Shown here piece by piece: positions 1-10,294 of a stretch of DNA of 64,000 nt. The notes beneath the pieces are model-generated. The model worked only from the letters and a program-made list of their open reading frames with translations, ran no database searches and was not told the origin of the DNA. The DNA comes from an uncultured Hormoscilla sp. (GTDB lineage Bacteria; Cyanobacteriota; Cyanobacteriia; Cyanobacteriales; Desertifilaceae): assembly GCA_963921275.4 (NCBI GenBank), contig OZ001293.3, positions 4,512,001 through 4,576,000 on the forward strand. Reading direction: 5' to 3'. Each line of letters begins with the position of its first letter. The stretch's first letter is position 1. Both the position numbers and the translations under genes were made by a program.

Positions 1-832
1 TTCTTTTCTTTTTGAGTTCTTTTTTCGCAAAGGTTTTAACATTATACTTGACGACTCTTTTAGTAAATCCTCTAATTGATAATCATTATAAGCTTTATCT
101 CCATAAACTATTGAATTTGATGGTAAGTCAAAGCCAAAAGATTGCAAAACTTTAACATCATTATAACTACCAAGATCTAGATAAAATTATATTGGCTTTC
201 CATTTTTGTTTACCAACATATGAACTCTTAATCCATAAAAATAACGTTTTTTACTGGCAATATACCCTCGATATTCTTCCTTGTTATAAATTTGGCATCT
301 ATCAATCCTAATATTATCACATACTGGCACCGGGAAACTATCAAGAATATATTCTTGACCCGGATTGAGCTCTTTAAATGTTTGAGCTATAACTTGGAAG
401 AAAAACATCCAAATTGGTTCCTCAATATTGTGTAATCGACGATTGAACCTACTTTTACTTAACAGATTTTTTATATACTTGTGTTGGACCATAAATTGAC
501 AAGAGCGATCGTGGTGTCCTCCGAAAAAATATGCAGCAACTAATCCGACTGTCATCACTTCGGCATTGTTCATTTTTACTTGTGGATCTTCTTTTATATT
601 TAACGCTTTTAGTAGCTCGTCACAAAGAACAAAAATTGTTGTAATCATATCTTCCATCATCTACATCCCCCAGCAATTAACTATTATTTTAGTACATTAT
701 AACCTATAAACAGCCAACCCGCCGTCTAGCACAAAAAAAATATAATTTTGTATCAAAAGCTACGAAATATCCCAAATATCTGTAAAGTCTAAGTGGGTAA
801 TTCATATTTTTTTAATAGGTCGCAACTTAGGT
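1..832 (-). mobile_element. IS982-family element, cut by the window edge; transposase has a nonsense codon at 187-189
   Basis: Near-identical to the intact copy at 8587-9598; TIR GGTCGCAACTTAGGT ends at 832; GAA->TAA ends the ORF (187..660) after ...NGKPI. Confidence 0.9.
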
Positions 833-1092
833 TAAATTAGGTAAATGTTAGTAAAGAGCGGTCTATATGGGTTGGTACTGTTATCCCCCGCGAACCTTCC
901 GGAGTTAAGCATTTATCTAGTCTGAGACTAACCATAAGGGGTTCCATTGCATGAGGAAAGGAACAAAGGGAGTAATCCTGAGTAATTCTACCCATGACAA
1001 GGGCTATCTACCCAGTAGCCGTGTGCGGCTCCAGTCGCATGCACGGTTCCTCAAGGGAGGGTCGGGAGGCGACAATAGGCTCGACCCCGACT
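833..1092 (+). mobile_element. 3' part of an ORF-less group II intron (DII extension to DVI), bounded on the left by IS982
   Basis: DV-like AGCCGTGTGCGG...CGCATGCACGGTTC (from 1017), DVI ending CTCGACCCCGAC(T); collinear with 56420-56674. Confidence 0.85.
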
Positions 1093-1120
1093 TCCTTAGT
1101 CTATGACTTTTTTAAGGCTA

Positions 1121-1993
1121 GGGTGTGTCATCAATCAAATTGCTTGACAGAAATAGATGGATACGGTATGGAGTCCTTATCCAGCAATAACAATCAAGAG
1201 GGCATGATATGAGACGCTATGGCTTGCGAGACGACCAGTGGGAACGGATCGAACACCTTTTACCTGGTAAAGAGGGTGACCCAGGCGCTACAGCCAAGAA
1301 CAATAGATTATTCGTGTTCTGCCGTGTTATATCGATATCGTGCTGGCATTCCCTGGCGGGATTTACCGGAGTGTTTTGGGGATTTTCGGGTTGTTCATAC
1401 CCGCCATACCCGTTGGTCTGAAAAGGGAGTTTGGAAGCAGGTATTCGATGTCTTGGCCTCAGACGCCGATAACGAATACGCCGCGATTGATGCCACCATC
1501 CTGCGTGCCCATCAACGAGCGTGCGGGTGCAAAAAAAAACACCCTCAGATACGTGCGAAACCCAAGCCATAGGCCGTAGTAAAGGGGGACTATCGACAAA
1601 GATTCATGCCACTTGCGATTGCCCAAGGCAATCCCACAGGATTTCATCTTACCCCTGGCCAAGCCCACGACGGGAAAGGCGCTGACGTGCTATTGGATAA
1701 AATCGGTGAGATTGGCGCGCTGCTTGCAGATAAAGCCTATGATGCGGAACAACGTGTGCTCGAGCGCCTGAAAGAGGCGGATTGGATGGCTGTCATTCCT
1801 CCAAAAAGTAACCGCACAGAACACAGAGAATACGATGAAGAAATGTACAAGTGGCGGCATCTAATTGAAAATCTATTCCAAAAACTCAAGCAATACAGGG
1901 CTCTGGCGACACGCTACGATAAAACGGCTCGCAATTTCTTGGGTGCCATCTACCTCGCGGCAGCTGTAATATGGCTTAATTGATGACACGCCC
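1121..1993 (+). mobile_element. IS5-family (IS427-like) element with a frameshifted transposase
   Basis: TIRs GGGTGTGTCATCAAT / ATTGATGACACGCCC, TA duplication; motifs [36 protein letters not shown] spread over several frames. Confidence 0.92.
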
Positions 1994-2001
1994 TAGTTTC
2001 T

Positions 2002-3387
2002 GGTCGGGGTCGAGCTGTCCCTCGCGGGACAATCCTCCCATTCGGAACCTGAAGAGCGACTTTCACCGCACACGGCTACTGGTTGGTAAACCCTTGTCAC
2101 GGGTAGGATTACTAGGGATTACTCCCGTTGTCCCTTGCCCTATGAAATATAGCCCCTTTATGGTCAGTCATGAACTAGTTGAGTACCTAACTCCGGAAGG
2201 TTTACGGGGGAGAACTAGAAAACCACTATGACCGTTCTTTACTAACAGGTGCCCGTATGGGGCCTCTAAATTTTTTACCCGGTTAGGATTTCAGTCCATC
2301 ATTACTACCTAGTGTTGCCACTGGTTAAGCACGTTTAGAGGGCTACTATCTCCTAGAGCTTTTTACCATATCCGTCCTACGTCTGCATATCCACAGGCAT
2401 TACCCCGGGCATTAGCTTCTTAGGACCTCCCTCCCCACGCGGGCATGCGCTAGGCGCTGCGCGCACGCTACGACGCACATCTGACTTGTCCATCTGGACA
2501 GCACCGCTCTTGTCCGGAACGTTCCCTGGTATCATTTCACGAGGCTTTTAGGTCTCCCCTATACACCGGCAGTCATTTCGGGTACGATATCAGTGACTTT
2601 CACCGCACACGGCTACTGGGTAGTTGGTCCTTGTCACTGGTAGGTAACTTCGGGATTACTCCCGTTGTCCCTCGTCTCATGAGATTTGGCCCCTTGAGCT
2701 TATCCATCTCTGACAGGTTTCCCCCGAGCTGTAGGCATATTTAGGGCTACTTTTACCCAAGACTTCCAACTATCACCGACCGACGTCTGCATATCCCAGG
2801 CGTTACTCCGGGCATTTGCTTCTTAGGCCATCTTTCCCATTCGCGGCTTGCGCTTCACATCTGACTGGTCCTTTAGGACAGTACACGAAGGGTTACTTCG
2901 TTCCCTGGTCTCATTTCACGATGCCTTTAGGCCCCTACTTTTCCCCGGCAGTTATTTGGGTACAATGTTAGCCAATTCCCTAACTAACACTAACTGCATT
3001 AACTTTTGTTCCAGCGCATTAAGCCTTATTTCGCTAGTTGGGTTTAACGAGGTTTACATAGGTTCGCTTGTTCTAGCCATGGACATCATCGAGCGCGAAG
3101 TTACCGGCTTAGGCTGCCAGCTATCCTACATTTAAGTCCTCGCTCAGTACCACGGTGATGTTACTCCGCAGCGCCGAGGACCGGTGTTACCCCCGTACCT
3201 GGGGAGGGGGAATTAAACCCCCATGATTACCAGAGTTCCTAGTTTCCTAGGCCAGCGTTCCGTATATGACTACGTTAGGCTGGAACTCATCGCACGGGAA
3301 TTTAACCCTCATGGCACCAAAGTTACCTGGCACATAAGACCAGGCCCGATTTTCACCATTACTGGTTTACATCAGAACGAGTCGCAC
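2002..3387 (-). mobile_element. ORF-less group II intron (outer intron of a twintron; internal deletion)
   Basis: Minus strand starts GTGCGACTCGTT at 3387 and ends DV/DVI ...GCTCGACCCCGAC(C) at 2003/2002; homologous to 55748-56674. Confidence 0.85.
2595..3295 (-). mobile_element. ORF-less group II intron (inner intron), truncated within DV
   Basis: Second GTGCG start at 3295; EBS1 GGGAAT (2980-2975) complements IBS1 ATTCCC immediately upstream; DV breaks after AGCCGTGTGCGGTGAAAGTC. Confidence 0.85.
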
Positions 3388-3550
3388 CATATGATTTACC
3401 CTGGATGGATATTCGCGCAAGCGTAAGAGTCATGATACAGAATTCTGATTACGTTTTTCCGCTAGGACATCGGTTAAGTATTATCATTGACCGGGTTTTT
3501 TGACTGACTCTCTAGGTGCTTTCGCGCCTGGGAAGCACTCTTCGTGCTTA

Positions 3551-4387
3551 CTACGAACGGGGCGATCGATCGTAACCGAGACTGATTTTACCAGGTTCTA
3601 GGTAAATTTCTGACCCTGGTGCCCCAGAAGTGGGGTTGAGGCGAACCCGCAGCTTTCCGCAAGCAGAAATTCCCGTGACCAGGCCCGGATGGCCATCTAC
3701 CAGGACTGGACGGGCCATGCTGGTGAGCAGTTGTTGGTAAGATGACAACAAATTCCCCATGGGTTGCAGTTGGGCCTGCTGGTATCCCCAGACTATTCCT
3801 TGCAAGGTCATAGCTGCTAGCTTTTCTAGGGATGTTACGAGTGGCCGTGGGTCTGAGGCCAGGAAGCTTTTGAGGTTGATACCGATTTCCGGTACAGGAT
3901 TTTCCCAGTTTATCCCCACCCCGACTACGACTTTGGTAATTTGGCCCCTCTGGACGCGGGTTTCGGTGAGTATGCCGCCCAGTTTGCGATCTTTGAGAAT
4001 AATATCATTGGGCCACTTCAGTTGCACGGGAATCCTGGGTTGGTCTGGATCTGAACTACTGGGAAGTTGGCGCCAGGTTGTGGCAATGCCCCAGGCACTG
4101 CTAATTGTTAGCAGTAGGGCATTCTGGGCGCCCATCTTGGGGGTGAGTGCTAGGGAGAGGTATAATCCACCGAGAGGCGATCGCCATTGGTGTCCGCGCT
4201 GTCCCCGACCTGCGGTTTGCTGGGCGGCGATGACGACTGTTCCTTCTGTTGCTCCTCGGTCAATTAGCTCCCACAGAACGCTGTTAGTCGAACTAACTGT
4301 ATCATAAATGTGGAGCACAAAGGGAAATGGGCATGTTGACTCTTGCTTGAGGGCGTTTTTTAAAAGATCGCGATCGATTCTCACCAT
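3551..4387 (-). CDS. birA: Biotin--[acetyl-CoA-carboxylase] ligase
   Basis: Motifs STN, QTAGRGQRG..W.S, LKWPND, RKLGGIL, GVGIN. Confidence 0.95.
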   Translation of the reverse strand: MVRIDRDLLKNALKQESTCPFPFVLHIYDTVSSTNSVLWELIDRGATEGTVVIAAQQTAGRGQRGHQWRSPLGGLYLSLALTPKMGAQNALLLTISSAWGIATTWRQLPSSSDPDQPRIPVQLKWPNDIILKDRKLGGILTETRVQRGQITKVVVGVGINWENPVPEIGINLKSFLASDPRPLVTSLEKLAAMTLQGIVWGYQQAQLQPMGNLLSSYQQLLTSMARPVLVDGHPGLVTGISACGKLRVRLNPTSGAPGSEIYLEPGKISLGYDRSPRS

Positions 4388-4485
4388 TACTCACCGAAAT
4401 AATTCTGTCTTAGATTAGCATGGCGCGATCGCCTTAAATTTCTTTTCTAATGCAATAATTTTGAATTTTGAATTTTGAATTGCTT

Positions 4486-5253
4486 ATGAATAGTTGGCAT
4501 TGGCAGACTGGGTCGGAATTATCTTACTTGACTTGCAGTCTTTTATCACCCTGGTCCCACGGTTTTTTTACCAGGCAGTTTTTTCCGCGTCCCCCGGTGG
4601 AGTTGGTGGAGGTGTTGCAACCTACTGCTGCTGTCTATCAGGCGAAACAGGTACATGGTAATGTGGTGGTTACGCCTGCGGAATTCATCAACCAGTCTTT
4701 ACCAGAGGCGGATGGAGTAATGACTGCAACTCACAATCAATCTGTATGGGTTTGTTCTGCTGATTGCGTTCCCGTGCTGATCGCTGATGCTCATACTGGT
4801 CAGGTGGCGGCGGTGCATGCGGGTTGGCGCGGTACTGCTGCTGAAATTATATCACGGGCGATCGCCCGTTTGCAAGCACGAGGTAGTCAATTGTCAGATT
4901 TGTGCTTTGCCATCGGGCCTGCGATCTCGGGCCCTGTCTACCAGGTTTCTGTGGAGGTTGCTGCCCAGGTGGGGGCTACGATCGCCCCTACTGGGGATGA
5001 TAATGCTATTTTAGAGTATTTGTTCGCTTTGCGCGATTCTCCTTTGTTTCCGGATCCGGAACCAGGACGGGTACGTTTGGATGTTCCCCGCGTGAATGCT
5101 ATCCAGTTGCAACAGTTGGGTGTGCAGGGGACTCAGGTGGCGATCGCCCCTCATTGCACTTACCAAGAACCCGAACATTTCTTTTCCTACCGCCGTAAAG
5201 ATATCAAAAAAGTGCAATGGTCTGGTATTGTTAGTTCGTCTAGGGGGAGATAA
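4486..5253 (+). CDS. pgeF: Peptidoglycan editing factor PgeF (YfiH, laccase-domain protein)
   Basis: HGFFTR, QVHG, ADCVPVL, HAGWRG, IGPAI, FFSYRR motifs. Confidence 0.92.
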   Translation: MNSWHWQTGSELSYLTCSLLSPWSHGFFTRQFFPRPPVELVEVLQPTAAVYQAKQVHGNVVVTPAEFINQSLPEADGVMTATHNQSVWVCSADCVPVLIADAHTGQVAAVHAGWRGTAAEIISRAIARLQARGSQLSDLCFAIGPAISGPVYQVSVEVAAQVGATIAPTGDDNAILEYLFALRDSPLFPDPEPGRVRLDVPRVNAIQLQQLGVQGTQVAIAPHCTYQEPEHFFSYRRKDIKKVQWSGIVSSSRGR

Positions 5254-5509
5254 TCGCTCTTCGTGATTACTACGAACGCTTATAGGAATGCCTTGACTCT
5301 GGCAATTGTGAAAATCGGGGGTTCTTTGATTACCGATAAGTCTCAACCTTTTACTTTGCACGATCGCAATTTATCTACGATTATTACCGAAATTGCTGCT
5401 ATTAAACAATTTCAACCTGACTTGCGATTGATTCTTATCAACGGTAATGGCTCTTTTGGACATGCTACCGCCCAAAAGTTTAGTACCGATCGTGGTTTTG
5501 CTGACGCAA

Positions 5510-6516
5510 CAGTATCACTTGACATGCGATCTAATATAATAATATAACTCAAGTTGCTACCTATTAAAAAAAAATGGATTACCCACTTAGAGATTTCCGA
5601 TATTTTTGGTAGGATACAGAAATATATTATTTTTATGCTATCAGTAGCCATCCCTGTTTATAGGTTATAATGTACTAAAATAACAGTTGATTGCGGTAGA
5701 TTATGGAAAATATGATTATAACAATTTTTGTTCTTGGCGATGAACTGCTAAAAGCACTCAATATCAAAGAAGATCCACAAGTAAAAATGAATAATGCGGA
5801 GGTGATGACAGTAGGATTAGTTGCTGCTTATTTTTTGGGAGGGCGATAGAGATCGTCAATTTATGGCAGAACATAACTAGATCAAAAATCTGTTAAGTAA
5901 AAGTAGGTTTAATCGTCGAAAACATAAGATTGATGAAACAATTGTATGGGAGTTTATTTCAAGCAATGGCTCAATCGTTCGCTAAATCCGGGGCAAGAAT
6001 ATATTATCGATAGTTTCCCTGTGCCAGGATGTGACAACATTAGGATCGATAGATGTAAAATTTATACAGAAGAAGAATATAGAGGATATATCGCCAGCAA
6101 AAAACGTTATTTTTATGGATTGAGAGTTCATATGTTAGTCAACAAAACTGGTAAACCAATAGAATTTTATTTTGCTCCTGGTAGTTGTAATGATGCGAAA
6201 AAATTGCTTTGCCATCAAAGGTTTATGGGGACAAAATTTATAACAATTATCAATTAGAAGATTTACTAAAAAAGTCAATGAATATAATGTTCAAACATTT
6301 GCGTAAAAAGAACGCGGGTTCAATATGTACAGAACGTAACTAGAAAACAAGTAGAAACATGCTTTAGTTGAATAACTAATTTGTTTCCTAAGTCCTGCTG
6401 TTACATCCAAAGGGTTCGAGTTAAAATTAATTCTATTTATCATAGCTTTTTGTGTTCAATTTTTATAGGTCGCAACTTAAGTTAATATATTATATCGCGC
6501 ATGTCAAGTGATACTG
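5510..6516. mobile_element. Palindromic MITE (about 64 bp when empty) carrying an IS982 insertion
   Basis: Arms CAGTATCACTTGACATG (5510-5526) and CATGTCAAGTGATACTG (6500-6516); an uninterrupted relative lies at 37912-37967. Confidence 0.8.
5547..6482 (+). mobile_element. Degraded IS982-family element
   Basis: TIRs ACTCAAGTTGCTACC / GGTCGCAACTTAAGT, 7-bp duplication TAATATA; fragmented transposase homologous to 8760..9584. Confidence 0.9.
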
Positions 6517-8586
6517 CGGGGTTCTGTTGCTTGCAAAAAGATACCGCCCAACTAAATCCCTTGCTGGTCGATCGCCTCAGCAAGCATTCCTGCTATTAGT
6601 TTTACTCCCGGAAATGTTTTTTGGACAGACGATAGCCAAGATTTTTATGGTAACATAGAAATCTTATAACATTGCTTGGTGCGAAATTTTGTCCAGGTTT
6701 TATATGTGGAGGCAATTATCGACTTGAAGTTAAACGGTACGACCATTTCTTCTGACGTTATCTTGCAGTTACTGGCAGCATATTTTGCTAACTATCCTGA
6801 TTTCACTATGCACAAGTTAGTCAATGCTGGCAAGGGGGGGTTTTAGATGATAAAGGACAAGTAATTCCGCAAATTACCGATTTTTCCGGAACGGTGGAAA
6901 ACTTTGCCCAAGTGCAAGGATATTTGTACAACCTACATTCCCCACGGATAAATATCGACGATAGCTTGACAAACAGCTTGTGATTTTACAAATTATTATA
7001 CAACCGATCCCTATAAATAGATATACGTCCTGTTTACTAAATTGTCAGAAGTCAGTACGGATTACAAAAGTAATATAATAGTAATCTAAGTGATAAATTA
7101 CGTATTACTTAGTATGTTACAAATTGTCGTGCGTAAAGTGGGGTACTTGACATTGGCAGATATTTCTGGCGGGATGGCAAAATGTGGGAGTTCTTAAAAT
7201 TGGCAAGGTTAAAGCAGCAAACGATCGTTATCGATAGGTCCATACCCGGGAATTTGCAGAATGTTTTTCGGAATGAAGAGTTTGTGGGGACTGTGTGCGA
7301 CAAAGGGTACGGCGAGTAGCACGGAGTACATCGGTGTTGTGAAGAGGCGATCGCTCTTCCGGGTTAGGCGATCGCCTAACCCGTATGGGGACGGACCTCT
7401 GGAGAGAAGTCACCCATCTAATTTCAAGCGCATTGACAAACCCAAGCACTAATCTTGATTTTCTCTTGATAATTTCTCGTTAATCGCGGTTGGCGGTATC
7501 GAAAAAATTTGACCCCAAGAGCCCCTGACGATCGGGGTCCTAAGGGAAGATGCAACTTTTTCTTAAGTCTATCGCATCCTTGATAAAACAGTATTAGTAG
7601 TCAGAATAACTGACAACTGACTGACCATTCAACCCTTGTGGAACTCATAGACACCCAAAATTGAGTGAGCAGCCCCCAATCCTTGTTGGAGGTTCCACTC
7701 TAGATCCCTTAGTAAAAAGGCCAGTTGGGGTTCGATTAAATTGGATCGCGGGTCATCGAGGTGGAATGCTGGTGCTTGTTGCACCCCATGGCGAATCCCG
7801 CGAATGGCTTGCTGCACGACTGGTCGATAACTAACCGGGGGTTCTGCCACTAACTTTGGGGGGTTCCGCCACTCAGCCAGGGCATCCATGCAAGCATAAA
7901 CCAAGGAATTCCAGGCATCTTGCAGGGTGTAGAAAAATCGGTTCAAGTGTAGCGTAGTCCCATGAGGTTTGTACTCGAAAATTAGCTGAGACAAGTCCGT
8001 GCGGCAATTAGTTTCGTGCAAAGAGTTGACCGCAGCGCGGATGGGAGGCGCGTCGGGATTGTATTCGCGAGTATCCATATGACGACCGACCAAAATGGAG
8101 CGATCGCACAGCCGTCGGCGGTAAACCTTCACCCCTTTGCTAGCAACTGTCTTGTTCACGAACCGGTCCAACTCTTCGCCACCCCAGTAGCGAATGGGAA
8201 ACCGCTCCACCTCAATCTCCTTACTAACGTTGGGACCATAGATATAAGACATCGAGTACATTTTTTGGGTTGACTCATTTTCCTGGGAGTTCTCCCAGTA
8301 GCAGGGCCATTCATAGGAATAGCGACCGAGGAAATCACCGACAAAAATTGCTCTTTCCCCCATATGGTCGCAAATATCGGACAGAACTTTAGCCAAGTTG
8401 GGGTCATTCAGGTGGGATAACGACGCATAAGAGGAAAAGTAGACGTCGTAAGCGAATTCTCCCGCTGGCAGTTGAAGTCCCTCATTGAGATCGGTCACCG
8501 CAAACTCAGCTTGGGGGTGGTTGCGGTGGAGATCTTTTGCCTTGTCAATCATCGCTGGACTGATATCCAAGCCTTTGTAACAACTA

Positions 8587-9598
8587 ACCTAAGTTGCGAC
8601 CTATTAAAAAAAATATGAATTACCCACTTAGACTTTACAGATATTTGGGATATTTCGTAGCTTTTGATACAAAATTATATTTTTTTTGTGCTATACGGCG
8701 GGTTGGCTGTTTATAGGTTATAATGTACTAAAATAATAGTTAATTGCTGGGGGATGTAGATGATGGAAGATATGATTACAACAATTTTTGTTCTTTGTGA
8801 CGAGCTACTAAAAGCGTTAAATATAAAAGAAGATCCACAAGTAAAAATGAACAATGCCGAAGTGATGACAGTCGGATTAGTTGCTGCATATTTTTTCGGA
8901 GGACACCACGATCACTCTTGTCAATTTATGGTCCAACACAAGTATATAAAAAATCTGTTAAGTAAAAGTAGGTTCAATCGTCGATTACACAATATTGAGG
9001 AACCAATTTGGATGTTTTTCTTCCAAGTTATAGCTCAAACATTTAAAGAGCTCAATCCGGGTCAAGAATATATTCTTGATAGTTTCCCGGTGCCAGTATG
9101 TGATAATATTAGGATTGATAGATGCCAAATTTATAACAAGGAAGAATATCGAGGGTATATTGCCAGTAAAAAACGTTATTTTTATGGATTAAGAGTTCAT
9201 ATGTTGGTAAACAAAAATGGAAAGCCAATAGAATTTTATCTAGATCCTGGTAGTTATAATGATGTTAAAGTTTTGCAATCTTTTGGCTTTGACTTACCAT
9301 CAAATTTAATAGTTTATGGAGATAAAGCTTATAATGATTATCAATTAGAGGATTTACTAAAAGAGTCGTCAAGTATAATGTTAAAACCTTTGCGAAAAAA
9401 GAACTCAAAAAGAAAAGAATATTCTTGTTTTGAATATATACAAAAAGTAACAAGAAAACAAGTTGAAACCTGTTTTAGTCGAATCACAAATTTGTTTCCC
9501 AAGTCAATTCATGCTGTTACATCTAAGGGATTAGAGTTAAAAATAATTCTCTTTATCATAGCTTTTTGTATCCAATTTTTATAGGTCGCAACTTGAGT
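8587..9598 (+). mobile_element. Intact IS982-family element
   Basis: TIRs ACCTAAGTTGCGACC / GGTCGCAACTTGAGT; 9-bp TSD TAACAACTA (8578-8586, 9599-9607). Confidence 0.95.
8760..9584 (+). CDS. IS982-family transposase
   Basis: 274 aa; DSFPVPVC, YFYGLRVH, YGDKAY, RKQVETCFS motifs. Confidence 0.93.
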   Translation: MMEDMITTIFVLCDELLKALNIKEDPQVKMNNAEVMTVGLVAAYFFGGHHDHSCQFMVQHKYIKNLLSKSRFNRRLHNIEEPIWMFFFQVIAQTFKELNPGQEYILDSFPVPVCDNIRIDRCQIYNKEEYRGYIASKKRYFYGLRVHMLVNKNGKPIEFYLDPGSYNDVKVLQSFGFDLPSNLIVYGDKAYNDYQLEDLLKESSSIMLKPLRKKNSKRKEYSCFEYIQKVTRKQVETCFSRITNLFPKSIHAVTSKGLELKIILFIIAFCIQFL

Positions 9599-10294
9599 TA
9601 ACAACTAATGTCTTGATAGTCCAGTACCTTCTCAATTTTGGTATCCAATGTAGCCTGGGTTTGAGGCAAGCTCGTAAGGATATTCAGACCTTCACCAGCA
9701 CCGCATCCGAGATCCAGCACGCGAATGCCAGTACCGGACTGTCGCTTGCTGGCAACCAAGGGACTGATAAAATGGCCGATCAAATTACGGCTAAAGCGAT
9801 CTTCCCAATGCCGCCTGACATTATCATGCTTCCCGAATAGACCAGCTGAATGCAGATCGTAGGCTCCAATAGCCACTGCCTTAGCGTAGTTTTTGAGAAC
9901 CTCTTGTTTCATATAGGGGGGGCCTTTATTGTTAATGTCTAACAGACCCAATATACTTGAATTGCTGGGAGCTACACAAGCATCCACCTACGGGTGTGGT
10001 CATGCCTTTGTCGATCGCTCAGACTCCACCAATAACCTGGTTTCGCAGGAGAAACCAGATTTCTGGTCCCACGCGACTACCTCCTCTACCAACTGGTGCA
10101 AGACCGCACCCTCCACCCACGTGCAAGGGTTTCTTAACGCGCTCATCTAGAATTGCTGTTGTCAATAACAAACCATAAAGCATAGTTATTATGCTAAAAC
10201 CCCTGCTTATTGACAATAGGCGCTTACCCTGGAATTCAATGACATATCTAGTTGCATTCTTATCTAACTATCCACCCGTTCACGTTCAATACAT

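Larger units (their letters stand above)
5293..7310 (+). pseudogene. Amino-acid-kinase-family protein resembling isopentenyl phosphate kinase, split by a MITE plus IS982 and degraded
   Basis: N-terminal VKIGGSLITDK and GNGSFGH; DISGGM-like remnant near 7160; C-terminal FVGTV near 7285; many frameshifts and stops. Confidence 0.7.
7629..9912 (-). pseudogene. Class I SAM-dependent methyltransferase (about 420 aa) interrupted by IS982
   Basis: VLDLGCGAGEG motif I; removing the IS and one TSD copy rejoins ...QDISC-YKGLDISPAMI in frame. Confidence 0.85.

Noticed and set aside
3759..4307. Long antisense or shadow ORFs over birA, atp, apcE, htrA and secD
   Set aside because: They overlap well-supported genes and show no recognisable motifs.
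9913..10200. SAM riboswitch upstream of the methyltransferase
   Set aside because: Only a GGTGGAGGG fragment resembles SAM-I; other core motifs were not found, and the visible hairpin matches the common AGAAACC..GGTTTCT repeat. An Rfam scan would settle it.
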